Source: Negaprion brevirostris
Lineage: Eukaryota
Direction of reading: 5' to 3'
DNA: 64,000 bases
NCBI GenBank assembly: GCA_030324005.1
Contig: JARDVH010000059.1
Location: 86,662,370 to 86,726,369 of the forward strand
The translations under genes and the position numbers were made by a program. Positions 50,036 through 62,005 of this stretch are shown one piece after another. Under the pieces are notes generated by a model. That model did not search any database and was not told where the DNA came from. It was given only the letters and a program-made list of their open reading frames with translations. How positions within the stretch are numbered: the stretch's first letter is position 1; each line of letters opens with the position of its first letter.

Positions 50036-50339
50036 GAGTCTAAATGATGCAATTAAATGGTATGAGATTGATGGAAACCTGATCTGTTAGCACACTCATG
50101 AGTAAACTGAACAAATTCACCTGAAATTAACCAGAGTAATTAAAATGGTTGAACTACAACCCAGGAAAACATAGATTCCCAAATTCACCTATGACAAATC
50201 AATGTTCAACATGCCATTGTAAATATCAGGAATAGTAAACAAATGGAGATGGGTTCCCTTTGGTGGAAGAAGCCCTTTATTCAAGATTTTAATGAGTAAA
50301 AATACAAAGTTGAAATATTGAGCTAGAATAATCACGTGG

Positions 50340-50600
50340 AAAATGTCTTGCATTAATAGAGTGTTCTTCATCCCAAAGCATTTTACAGCCACTGAAGTAC
50401 TTTTGGAAGTATAGTCACTGTTATAATGTAGGGAACAGGGCAGCCAATTTGTGCACAGCAAGCTCCCATAAATACAGAAAGACAACGATGGGCAGCTAAT
50501 CTCTTTGGGTGATTTTGATTGAGGTGTAGTTAGGTACTTCGTGGGATACGAGGATTAATTCCTCTGCTCTTCTTCCAAATAGTCCCACAAGAGATAAAAC
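50340..50600 (-). mobile_element. DeuSINE-like 3' half
   Basis: catcccaaagcattttacagcc..gtagggaacagggcagccaatttg..ctgctcttcttccaaatagt. Confidence 0.7.
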
Positions 50601-52057
50601 CACAAGGGACATGCCCAAATGGTAGCCAAGTCACAATGCAAAGCGGCCGGTACCCGCATGCAAAAGGAAATGTCAAAACATAACGTCAGCATTAAACTGT
50701 ACAGAGAACAGCGAGCCAGTAAAACATGGAGAAACATCCCGGCCGGCAGTCATGAGCACAATTATATTTGCCAGCCCTGGGATCAAACCGACTAAATTAA
50801 AATNNNNNNNNNNNNNNNNNNNNNNNNNNNNNNNNNNNNNNNNNNNNNNNNNNNNNNNNNNNNNNNCCCAGAGCAGAATTTTAGGATAGTGACCTTGAGG
50901 ACATAGCAATGAAAGCGCTCTTCTTCGCTCACTGCCGTGTGAGTGTACGCCCAAAAAGTCTTTGAACCATAACTGTGGTGGCAATACTGCCTGAAAAGCA
51001 AGCGGGATTGACTCTTGAACTCATAAGACTGAACCATAATTTGTTCAAATTCTCTGACAACAGACACAAGTGACAGCTCAGAGAAGTGGGTGGTGACTCG
51101 GATATGTCGCTGCTACAGATGTCCTGTGCAAATCTGACGTTATAATTTCGCACTGAACTGAACAATCACCAAATCCCCTCTTCTGTTTCTCGTGTGTGCG
51201 AGAGCGGGTTTAGTCACTCTAGTTGGGTAACCTCTGTCATTATCTCAAAACATTTTATGTAACAGGGATTTATACTAATCATCAAAGTGTACGGTTGAAG
51301 TAGTCCTGTTTTTAACACCGCACTGCCTTTAAATTGTTGATCATGGAATGGTTAGTTTCTCATTTTTTTAACTCTATAATGACACTCTTCCCCGATGTAA
51401 TTCCTTCCCCAGAGCATTTTGATTCCCGTGCTGTGTAAAGATTCGCCAATTTAGAGTGGGAAGCTTTGCCGATGTCAGAGATAACAGGTATTGAAATCAC
51501 AAGAAACTCGGCAAATAGCCCAGATCGACTTTCCCAAGAGGTGTTTCGCGCGAGTTTAACCACCTCAAATTACAAAAGTTGAATGGTTTGGGTGATTTCC
51601 TGCGACCTTGTGTTTTTCAGGCTGCGTTGCCGTCTTAAATCGTCTCGAAATGTTCTGTATTTTTAAATAAGGGAAGCATTGAAACACACACTGGCCACTG
51701 ACAACACTCTCCCTCGCCAGAAATGTGTGAACGCAAACGTTTTCACTCCAGTGTCCGGAGACATTCTAATCGCCTGTGTTGCGAACCGTCAGCATTTGTA
51801 TGACATCTCGGGAGTTCTATTGTTCTTTATACCTAATGGAATAAAATGACATTTTAGTTTAGGTTTCGAACAGCCTTTATTGGTCTCTTTTGTTTTGCAA
51901 TTATGAAATTTTATCGTAGTCCCAGCGCATCAGAGCGGTTTGTGGGGAGAGGAGGGTGTACCATTAAACAGGTACAAATCATTCCACCGGTGAGAGCAAA
52001 AATGTGCAGCACAAACCTAAAGGTGTAAATCTTTCGGGAGATTGACATTTCAGTGTG

Positions 52058-52625
52058 TTCATAGAATCCCGAGAGTGCAGGAGGCCATTTGGCCCATCGA
52101 GTCTGCACCAACCACAATCCCACCCATCCCCATAACCCCAGATATTTACCCTAGCTAGTCCGCCTTACACTAGGGTCAATTTAGCACGGCCAATTAATCT
52201 AACCTGCACATCGTTCGGACTGTGGGAGGAAACGGTAGCACAGTGGTTAGCACTGCTGCTTCACAGATCTAGCGTCCTGAGTTCGACTCCAGGGTCGGGT
52301 CACTGTCTGGGTGGGGTTTGCACATTCNNNNNNNNNNNNNNNNNNNNNNNCCCAGCCCCCATGCCTCTGTGATGCTTTGGGATTGAGATATCATTTCATA
52401 ATTGCGAAAGAAAGGAGGTACATAAAGGCTGTCCGAAACCCAATCTGTAATGTCGTTTTATTCCATTAGGTATAAAGGACAATAGAACTCCCGACGTATT
52501 ATCCACATGCTAACGGTTCACAGCACAAGGGAGAATGTGCAAACTCCACACAAGGCTGGGAATCGAACCGGGTTCCCTGGCGCTGTGAGGCAGCAGTGCG
52601 AACCACTGTGCCACCGTGCTGCCCT
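52058..52625. mobile_element. Three HE1 fragments (minus 52058-52232, plus 52232-52327, minus 52527-52625)
   Basis: Tail A reverse half abutting a forward head, plus a second reverse head. Confidence 0.8.
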
Positions 52626-53994
52626 GAAAACTCCCCTCGAGGCCCTCAGAATTCCAGATCTTCAGCAATAGGCTCTGAAAAGGAAATTCTAGAAGGCAAA
52701 TGGCAAATCCCAATTTCAACGCCTTTGAAATGTAAAGGTGATTTTATTTTTTCGTAACCCCCGAACTATTTTTGAGTGATCTATTTTCACCCTGTGCAGT
52801 GTACAGTTCGTAACGAGCTAAATTGTATTGGAGAATATGGTTTAAGCATTCACATTGTTAATATATGGCAGAACTATTGAAATGTTTAGATTGCAGTCGG
52901 TTGCACGCTCCTCTCATCTGCCTCGGCTACCTGTCCCCACAAAGAGGGACATGAACCCTGCGGGACATGGGAACTGAAACGGAACAGTGCTGTTAACATG
53001 TCAGTTATGGTGCAGAGCTTTGAATGTTAAACATACACACGCGGATATTGTTCAATTAACTCTCGGCTGACTGCTCCCCTCCAAGAACCTGTTTCAGATC
53101 GATTTCCAAAGCGGCTACAAGCCTGTTGTCGGAAGTTTGCCTAAATGCGTGATGGTGCTAACCTTTGTTTTAAGCAGCACTACCTTTGTTAGCTGACAAA
53201 AGTGCTCACACTGACATGTGGGAGAAGGTTACACTTTCTGATCTCCTCCCTTATTAAGTGTCGGTTATCTTACACTGGGTGATCATTTAGCCTGTGATTT
53301 CCTTTTGTCTCCATCGCGACCCTGTGTGTGTGTGTGTGTGTGTGAAGCGCTGTAGAAACCTCAGCACCCCTCTTCACTTTTGGACACACACAGTAACGAG
53401 ACAGAGTTGGGTACTGAAGGTACAGTTACAGACCCGAGTTTCGGTAACAGTCCGATAGCAGATTTATTACTGATTTGGTGACCACTCCAGGCGGGTTTCG
53501 ATCCAGAAAGACATTTTAAGATAAGGTCCGTGCTGATGTTAACCCTTTACTGTTTAAACAAAGTCTGAGTCTCTTTTCTGGAAACGGGGTGCGAGAGAAT
53601 AAAAATATTGCATCTGATTCCGGAACATTAATGGGGCAGGGAGCTCTTTGACAGCACATTACAATCTCATTTAACACCAAAAAAATGTGGGATCTGATGT
53701 TCTCCAAATCGACGTATTTTCCCTTGAAAGGGAAGGGTCGCTGCGCATTACTGTTTCCAGAGGATCCCCACTCTCCTCTCTAATAAAATTACCATATCAC
53801 TCCCAGGTCTTGCTCCGAATAAACATTGGGTGTTACGTTATTTCCAAGCAGGTTACTTTAATTGGTGCTTGGGCTAAGGGCTAGTTAAGACATCTCCTCT
53901 CTCCTGTTCAGTCTCAGTTGCTGTTGTGTGTGTATACATGCATTTATTGCCTTGCTTGTTCGGCAACTGGTATTATCGAATTCATCTCACAAAA

Positions 53995-54365
53995 ATTTAT
54001 AAAGTTCTAACGGGGTTAAACAGGGTCCATTCAGAAAGAATGCTCCCAGAGGTGGGGTAGTCCAGAACTAGTAGGTCATTGTTTGAGGGTAAGGGGTAAA
54101 CCTTTTAGGACTGAGGCGAAAATAAATTTCTTCACTCAGAGAGTGGTGAATGTGTGGTATTCACTTGCACAGAATGTAGTTGAGGCCAAAACGTTGTGTG
54201 ATTTCAGGAAGAAATTAGATATCGTTCTTTGAACCAGAGAGATCAAGGGATATGGGGGGAGGGAGGGGATCAGGATATTGAATTTGATGATCAGGCATGA
54301 TCAAAATGAATGGCGTAGCAGGCTGGAAGGGCCGAATGGCCTATTTCTGCTTCTAGTTTCAATGA
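53995..54365 (+). mobile_element. CR1/HER1 LINE 3' fragment
   Basis: tttaggactgagg..aaatttcttcactcagagagtggtgaatgtgtgg..gaagggccgaatggccta. Confidence 0.85.
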
Positions 54366-57090
54366 ATTGGTGTTGCGTACAGGGCAGTCCTGTGATAAAG
54401 CGGACAGGAACTGGCCAGAGGAACATCTCCAAATCACTAACCCTGATATCCTCACCTACAAAGATACCCAAACCCCATGCCTCCCCCTTTCCGCTTCCTG
54501 TTCCCTCCTCGGTGATGATTCGCCCACCTTGAAACACACACAAAAATACACACGTACGCACATGAACAATACAAATTATTTTTAAAAAGTCCCAACCATT
54601 TTCCTCCGGTTATTTTGTATATCCAATATTCGGTGAATTGCGCCTTCCGCCGTGGGTAAACTATTCCCGAATTCATGACGGGGTCTCGGGAACACCTTCC
54701 GAGAACTTTTAAAAAACGTTTCCAATGAAACATTAACATTTACTAACAATGTCTCGGAAACTGCAATAAACGAGGAGCGGCATTTATAGAATCATACACT
54801 TACAGAAACTTTTTTTAAAATCATTAACTTCCTGAGGTTAAGACGAAAATGGCTAGCCTTAAGATTTTTAGATATATATTGGCAGTTTTCGCTGTCAGTA
54901 CGGCGGCTCAGTACTTTACAGCTCAGTCCTTCCCTGGCCCTTATTGGAAGAAAATGTGACAAGGTTCAACAGATTCTGTCAGAAGAAAGATGCACTTGTT
55001 GAGTAGGTGAGATTGCCGGGTGTGTGTCGAAGGTTCCGGATCGGATGAGCAAGGAGGAGAAAATAAATAAGTAATAAGATGAATCTGTAAAATTCAAGCT
55101 GCTTCTGCCATTCTTTAGACTCCTGGGCGAAACAAAATGCGGGGGGATGCTGAATTTCCTCTCCCTATGACTTGATTAGGCAAGTAGACATTGTCATTTC
55201 GAAATATAAAAGGTATTTTCCACCACAGTGGGTGTTTCTAAGAACGTGAAACGTTACTGAGAGAGAGAGAGAGAGCAGATAATTTTTTTTAGCAAGAGGG
55301 GGTGGGTGAGAGGCAGAGTTTTCTCTCAGGAGGGGATGAATAAGTATTAGACATCATCCGAAACCACTCTACTCCAACATTCATTTTTCATTGCACATTT
55401 TGAGCAGCATAANNNNNNNNNNNNNNNNNNNNNNNNNNNNNNNNNNNNNNNNNNNNNNNNNNNNNNNNNNNNNNNNNNNNNNNNNNNNNNNNNNNNNNNN
55501 NNNNNNNNNNNNNNNNNNNNNNNNNNNNNNNNNNNNNNNNNNNNNNNNNNNNNNNNNNNNNNNNNNNNNNNNNNNNNNNNNNNNNNNNNNNNNNNNNNNN
55601 NNAACGAATAAGGGCTTATCGAGAAAAGGGGTGGGAGCGTGGGAGATAGAAGCAAAATACTGGGGATCGTAAATAGCGACAGAAAAAGTTGGGGAGACAA
55701 AAAAAAAACTCGACAGTATATGTGCAGAGAGGGAGAGGAACCGAACTGCCGTTTCCAGTCTAATGACCTCTTTAGAGTTGCAGAGGAGTCATATCAGACT
55801 CTCTTTCTGCACTGCTCCCTCCCAGAGCTGCTGAGTTTTTTTTTAATCAGCGCTTTCGAATTAAGGGGCCGCTCTAAGTCTCCTCGCATCCCATTTCCAG
55901 GGGAAGAAGGAGTTTACTCAAGTTCCATTTCTCAAACATCTGCCTATTTCCCCCACCCTCCCCCCCGGTCCCCAGCCGAACAATGCCTGGCGAACGCCAG
56001 AAAGAGAAAGAAAACAACTCTCCCCGACCCCCACCCCCCAATAAGTTCACTATTACTGGACCGGGTGAGCACTCAATGTGTGGCAGTGAGAAATTCGTTT
56101 GCGAAGGGACCCAACATCGAACTTTGCGTTGCTGCGGCGCCTCTTACGGCCCCAAGAAGCAGAACAGACAGTGCAGTAGTCTTGAAGTGTAGCCACCACC
56201 ACTCACCACCTCTGTTGTAGTCTACTAGCAGTTTACCGGGAAGACAATACACGCCTAGACATTAAAACTAAAAACAATCCCCGTTCCCCCAGCAAAGATC
56301 CAAATTGTACAGTAGGCGGCAGAATCACAAAACATTCTTATTTTTATTTCGGAGTGGGCTGATTGCAAACGAAGAATTCGGCAAAATAATTGAATGCACA
56401 TTAAGCAAATATGTCTTTTTCTAAAGATCTATCATCGGTTTAATTTGCTATTTTTGCAGGAAATTACTTTGGTTACCTGCAGAGAGATTTATTGGCGTCT
56501 TCATTGCTTTGAGTAAATGAGTTACCATTTTATTATAGTTATGATTTAATGAATGCATTTGAAACTGGAGTTTTTTGCGACTGTTACTCTTTCCAGCTGC
56601 AGCGACAATATCACATTATTGAGGCTGTATTTTGTTAAAGGCATTCATTTATAATTTAAATGTTAATGCGTCTTTTTTCCCAGGTGCCGACAGGAATTCT
56701 TTTCTGGAAGTTAGCCATCAGACGAAGAGGTGATATTTAATGGAATATACGATATTTTTGTGACCCCGGTTCTCCATTATCAATTTACATACAGCCTGGC
56801 CGATTTGATGTTAACTGAATCAAGTCCTCAGGTGAGATTGTCTCCCCGCGGAGACTGGTCAGCAGGCTAAAGGATCTAAACCAGTTCATTAAACTAGTTA
56901 ACGTGGTTAAGTCTGGCTCTTCTTAGGTCTTTGATTATTTAACGGAATCACGGAATGATTACGATCGCAAGAAGAAGACCATTTGACGCATTGTGTCTGC
57001 ACCGGCTCTCCTAACCAGCATCATGACTTAGTGCGGATGGCCTGAGGAAAGGTTATCTATACTCGAAACGTTGGCTCTATTCTCTCTCAG

Positions 57091-57179
57091 TAGGAAGTCT
57101 CACTACACCAGCTTAAAGTCCAACCAATTTATTTGATAGTAATCGGTTGGACTTTAACCTGCTGTTGTGAGACTTCTTA
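57091..57179. repeat. Palindromic shark repeat (hairpin, ~35-bp arms)
   Basis: taggaagtctcactacaccagcttaaagtccaacc versus ggttggactttaacctgctgttgtgagacttctta; a related copy lies at 59423-59500. Confidence 0.7.
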
Positions 57180-57539
57180 NNNNNNNNNNNNNNNNNNNNN
57201 NNNNNNNNNNNNNNNNNNNNNNNNNNNNNNNNNNNNNNNNNNNNNNNNNNNNNNNNNNNTTGTGTCTTAGTGCCATTCCCCTGCCTTTTCCTCTGCCCCT
57301 GCACTTTGTTTATATTCAAATAATCATCCAATGCCCTCTAAATGCCGTGATTGAACCTGGGCCCACGACATTTCCAGGCAGAGCATTCCAGACCTCAGAC
57401 CGCTCGTTGTCAGAATAAGTTTCTTTCACCAAAAGAGAAAATGCTGGAAAATCTCAGCGGGTCTGGCAGCATCTGAAAGATGTTTATAAGTATTCTAATG
57501 GAGAGAAAAGAGGAGATATCTCCCACTTTCTAGTCTTTT

Positions 57540-57578
57540 AGCTTTGACAAAGGGCCATCTGGGCTCGAAACGTCAGCT
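57540..57578 (+). ncRNA. Minimal type I hammerhead ribozyme motif (U3-A8 variant) in a Penelope pLTR-derived repeat
   Basis: AGCT-TTGACAA-A-GGGCC(ATCTG)GGCTC-GAAA-CGTC-AGCT: stem I, core, helix II, GAAA, palindromic ACGT helix III and GUC cleavage triplet. Confidence 0.62.
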
Positions 57579-57791
57579 CTTTTCTCTCCTTACCGATGCT
57601 GTCAGACCTGCTGAGGTTTTCCAGCATTTTCTCTTTTGGTTTCAGATTCCAGCATCCGCAGTAATTTGCTTTTATCCTAAGTTTCTTTCATGTTTGCTTC
57701 TTTTGCAAAGCACCCTAAATCTGTGTCCTCCCGTTCACACACACACACACACACACATTCCCACTAAGATGTTTTCAAGAGAGTTGAAGAA

Positions 57792-57954
57792 CTTCCAGAA
57801 GGATTGAACCACCCCTATGTCCATCTGATGTGAGCCTATGAATAATGCAACTCTCATCCCCAGGCTATTTAGCCATCCTTTATATGTTCAGATTTGCAAA
57901 ATATTAATGTCGCTTGTTGGCATTTTAATTTTAAAAAAAGGTTCTATTTTCCAA
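57792..57954 (+). repeat. Copy 1 of a ~163-bp dispersed direct repeat
   Basis: Matches 60877-61039. Confidence 0.85.
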
Positions 57955-58979
57955 CAGCTTTTTGTTTACTGGGCTAAATCCTAGTGCACTTGTTTATGAT
58001 AAAACGAATAATGGAGTCCTGGGAGGTCTCAAGATATTGATACTTTAGATATTGAAAGTGCCATTCAGTAGCATCTTGCGACAGAATAAATGCAACTATT
58101 GTTAACTATTACTATTATCTCAGCTCTAATGAAGGGGCATTCAGAAACATTGGTTCTATTCTCTCTCCACAGATACTATCAGATCTACTGAGAATTTCCA
58201 GCATTTTCTGTTTTTGTTTCAGATTCCAGCATCCGCAGTATTTTGCTTTTATATCACTGTTATCCTGTCTGTTCCCTAACCTTTCATCTTAACAGGAACA
58301 CGCACAGCGGTTCTGAAGAAGAATCACACCGCAGCTTATCTCCGTTTCTCTCTCCACAGATACTTCCAGACCTGCTGGGGTTTATACAGCACTCTCTGTT
58401 TTGATATTATGTAAAGACAAATAGGGCGGAGCGAGGAGGACCAACTCGTGATGATGTCTTGGGCAAAGGGATTCCATTCAGTGGCAGCGACAGAAGCTTT
58501 GAAAAGATTCTAATTTCTTCCCAATCCGTGTTGGGGAGTTGCACAAAGCGAGAATGGGTGCCTGACCAGTGGCTGAATTCACAATTCAGTGAAGGAGTCT
58601 CCCCCCCCCAAAAAAAATCATGGCTACATGGGCCGGGACTCTATATCTGGTTGGGAAAAGAGTTGTGACAAGGAACGAAAGTGGGTACAACTAACTTGGA
58701 ATGTCATATTCTACATCTTGGGAGGGGCATGTTTCTGATTAGAAGCACACATTTGCCTTCAGTGTAACCCACCGTGAAATTAAATATACTGGAGCCCAGT
58801 CGAATTCAAGCGTCCAAATATTGCCAACAAATGAACATACGAAAGAGTGAATATTTCCCCTGGTAATTTTTACTGCGCTCATTCAAAGGCAAAATAGCTG
58901 AATAAACCCTCTGTTTGCAGTACTTCTGGCATTTTTTTAAAAAACGGCAACAGGGAACATTTGGAGCTTAGAGCTAAAT

Positions 58980-59400
58980 ACAATGTGAGGTTTTGAGAAT
59001 AGAAATAAGGAGAACTGGCGGGAGAGTCAGTAACCAGAGAGTAGGGTAATTGGCACAAATAAAGGATCCAGAGGGGAGATGAGAAGNNNNNNNNNNNNNN
59101 NNNNNNNNNNNNNNNNNNNNNNNNNNNNNNNNNNNNNNNNNNNNNNNNNNNNNNNNNNNNNNNNNNNNNNNNNNNNNNNNNNNNNNTGAGAAGAAAACTT
59201 TTAATGCACTGTTCTGGAATATACGAGCTGAAAGGATTTGATACTCACACTCAGTTAAAAAAAATCGATATTTGAAAGGAAAATTAACGCCGGAGCTATA
59301 TGGAAAATGGGAGCGGAAATAATTGGTTGGCACCTTCAAAGAGGTAGTACAGGTTGAATGGACCAAATGGTCGCCTTTCTGCACTGCATGATTCTATGAT
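58980..59400 (+). mobile_element. Decayed CR1 3' fragment
   Basis: gagtcagtaaccagag..ccagaggggagatgag..tggaccaaatggtcgcctttctgcactgcatgattctatgat. Confidence 0.65.
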
Positions 59401-59500
59401 GTGGAGATGCCGGGTAAACACAGTAAGAAGTGTCACACCAGGTTAAAGTTTCGGTATCTTGTCTGCTTTCTTGCACCTGGTGTTGTGAGACTTCTTATTG
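59400..59500. repeat. Second copy of the palindromic gtaagaagtctcacaacaccaggttaaag repeat
   Basis: agtaagaagtgtcacaccaggttaaag ... acctggtgttgtgagacttcttatt, inverted arms. Confidence 0.6.
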
Positions 59501-59994
59501 CATGATTCTAACCAGATCTGAATATTTCTCCTGGTAATGACAGTCAGAGCAGGAGCAAATGTGAGTAATCATTGTGTACAGCGGCAAAGGTTACCGCGTT
59601 CCTGTTCAGCAATAACTTTTATTTCCCCACCGGAGTTGGGGCAAAAGTTGGGCAGCCTTGCCACATGTATCAAGGATGATTAACAAAACAAGTACAGACG
59701 TCGGTAGGGTGGGGTTAACATCTCGGGGTTCAGCAACCTGGCCCCGTTTCCCAACCTTACATTTTAACACCCAGAAATCAAGCCATCCCGCAAAAAGGCA
59801 GCTTGTGATCGACCCAATCAACAGGTTAAAATCAGGCACCAGGATCTACATCTAATGGGGACCCTGAGAAAACCCAATCCGCCGGATGATCGGAGGCTGG
59901 AGCTGCCGGCCACTGACGGGAAATGCTAAAGAGCTGCGTTTTTAAGTCATTTTAGTAGACTATCAGGAGAAACAGCAGTGTTTCTCCTCCAGGT

Positions 59995-60270
59995 CTTTGA
60001 ACCCCCTTTGACCTCCTCCCCTTGACCTTTAGACTCCCCTTGACCCCTGACTTTCCCCCTTTGAAACCTCCTGACCCTTTGACTCTCCCTGACCCTTTGC
60101 ATCCCCTTGACCCTTTAATTCCACTACTTTGACTTTCCCCTTGACCCTTTGACTCCCCCTTTGAAAATACCTGATGCTTTTAGTCCCGAGTCTTTGACTC
60201 TCCCTTGAATCTTTAACACCCTTACTTTAATTCTACTCTTGACCCTTTAACACCCCTACCCTTTTTCTTT
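59995..60270 (+). repeat. Pyrimidine-rich degenerate minisatellite (cttgaccc/ctttgactcc units)
   Basis: Many imperfect ~10-nt units. Confidence 0.8.
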
Positions 60271-60876
60271 TGCCTCCCCCTCCCACCCCCTGCTATGTCT
60301 CCCAGAGGTGATAATCCCTTCCCCTTTGCCAATTGTGCCCATTGGACCAGCAGGAGGGTGATCCACCTTGCCTTCACCTGATTACAGACTCCTCCTCACA
60401 CCCTCCCTGGCACCTCATTACTATCAGGACGATTTGCTTTGACCTACATCCACCATGACCTCCCTAGGCTATTGAGCAACCATTTGGCAATGTACGAAAG
60501 TCTACTTCCTGTGAGTGAGCAAGGAGACAGTCACAGAGCTGCAACATCTCGTTCAAGAAGCCATGCAGGGAAACCTCAAGAAGGGAGGGCAATTTTTGTA
60601 ACAGCAGCCTTTAGTAATCCCCCGCTTCCTGTCTCCTATCAGGCTACACATGAGATATCAAAGGGTTTATTTTCTGATCCCCTTGTGGAACAGGCATTGG
60701 GAGATCACAAAATCTGTTTTGGATCCATTTAATCCGATCAGCTGCACTGAACACTGAGCACAGCCTTCTGGTATGCCTTTTCACACATAGTCAAAGTTGC
60801 CTTGCTGCATGTGGGTCAAAGGTTCCTTTAGATATTGCAATCCATTTAAGTGAAATTGGCAGCAGTTTCCTGTCTG

Positions 60877-61039
60877 CTTCCAGGAGGATTGAGCTACCCC
60901 CTTTGCCCATCTGGTGTGGGCCTATGGATAATGCAACTCTTATTCCCAGGCTATTTAACCATGCTTTTTATGTACAGTTTTGCAAAACATTAATTTCGCT
61001 TGTTGGCATTTTAATTTTAAAGAATGTTCCATTTTTCAA
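60877..61039 (+). repeat. Copy 2 of the ~163-bp dispersed direct repeat
   Basis: Matches 57792-57954. Confidence 0.85.
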
Positions 61040-61879
61040 AAAAATATACTTGAGGGATGTGAAATCTAAACACTCCATTTGATTGTAAATCCACCAAAAA
61101 GCTGATATTATTGAAACATTTCCAAGGTTTCAGTAAAACAGGAAGAGCTGAAATAAGGGCCTCTTTACCATTTAGATTTGCACAGAAGCTCAAGGGTGTC
61201 AAGGTACCAAGATTCAATGCCTCATGGCAGTTGGCAAACCAAAAAAGAAAACGTAATGATGTTAGTTGATTTTGAAGTGCTCATATTGTGTGGTAGTGAA
61301 AGCATGCCAACAAGCAGTCAAACTGAATTTTCCAACCAGCATGGATCTAACCATACCTGCAAGCCCTTGTGCGCTGAGCCACCAGTCACTCTGCGAAACT
61401 GATTGCAGGTCGCTGGCAGGTATAAAGCCGGTTGGATACCTGGGACCTAACTGCACCACGAGGAATTGCTAGTGAGAATCAATGTCACATCTGCTTTCAG
61501 CTTCTTCCAGGCCTAATAAGGAAGGAGAAATGTAAGGTATAAAAATATTTGCCATGGATAATTGAGCTACTTCAAATCAGAAGCTTTGGGTGCAGTTGTC
61601 TCCTTTAACCATTTTCATGGAGTTGTTTTAACATTAATGCAATTAGAAGAGGGAAGTCTGTCCTTTCCTGTGCTACCCTGACCACTGATGTGCTCACCAT
61701 CAATTTGTCACTTCTTTCTAACACNNNNNNNNNNNNNNNNNNNNNNNNNNNNNNNNNNNNNNNNNNNNNNNNNNNNNNNNNNNNNNNNNNNNNNNNNNNN
61801 NNNNNNNNNNNNNNNNNNNNNNNNAGCCATAGCTTTTTGTCTTGTCGTCATCTTGTAGACTATCTTGCATGTCCATGCG

Positions 61880-62005
61880 ATAGAATCATAGAATCATACA
61901 GTGCAGAGGAGGCTCTGAGGCCCATCCAGTCTGCACTGACAAGTGAGAAACACCTGACCTCCCACCTAATCCCACTAACCAGCACTTGGCCCATAGCCTT
62001 GAAGG
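61880..62005 (-). mobile_element. CR1 LINE 3' end fragment
   Basis: atagaatcatagaatcatacagtgcagaggaggc..gcacttggcccatagcctt. Confidence 0.75.

Larger units (their letters stand above)
57030..58410 (+). mobile_element. Cluster of Penelope-like pLTR derivatives, including an inverted partial copy
   Basis: Repeated unit YTGANRA..GAAAC..tctctccacagat..cagacctgctgag..tttccagcattttct..ttcagattccagcatccgcagt starting near 57042, 57544, 58126 and 58313. 57429-57474 is the reverse complement of 57595-57639. Confidence 0.65.

Noticed and set aside
55639-56220. 193-aa ORF in the CpG-rich domain
   Set aside because: Non-ATG start, no recognisable domain, includes repeat-derived and low-complexity sequence.
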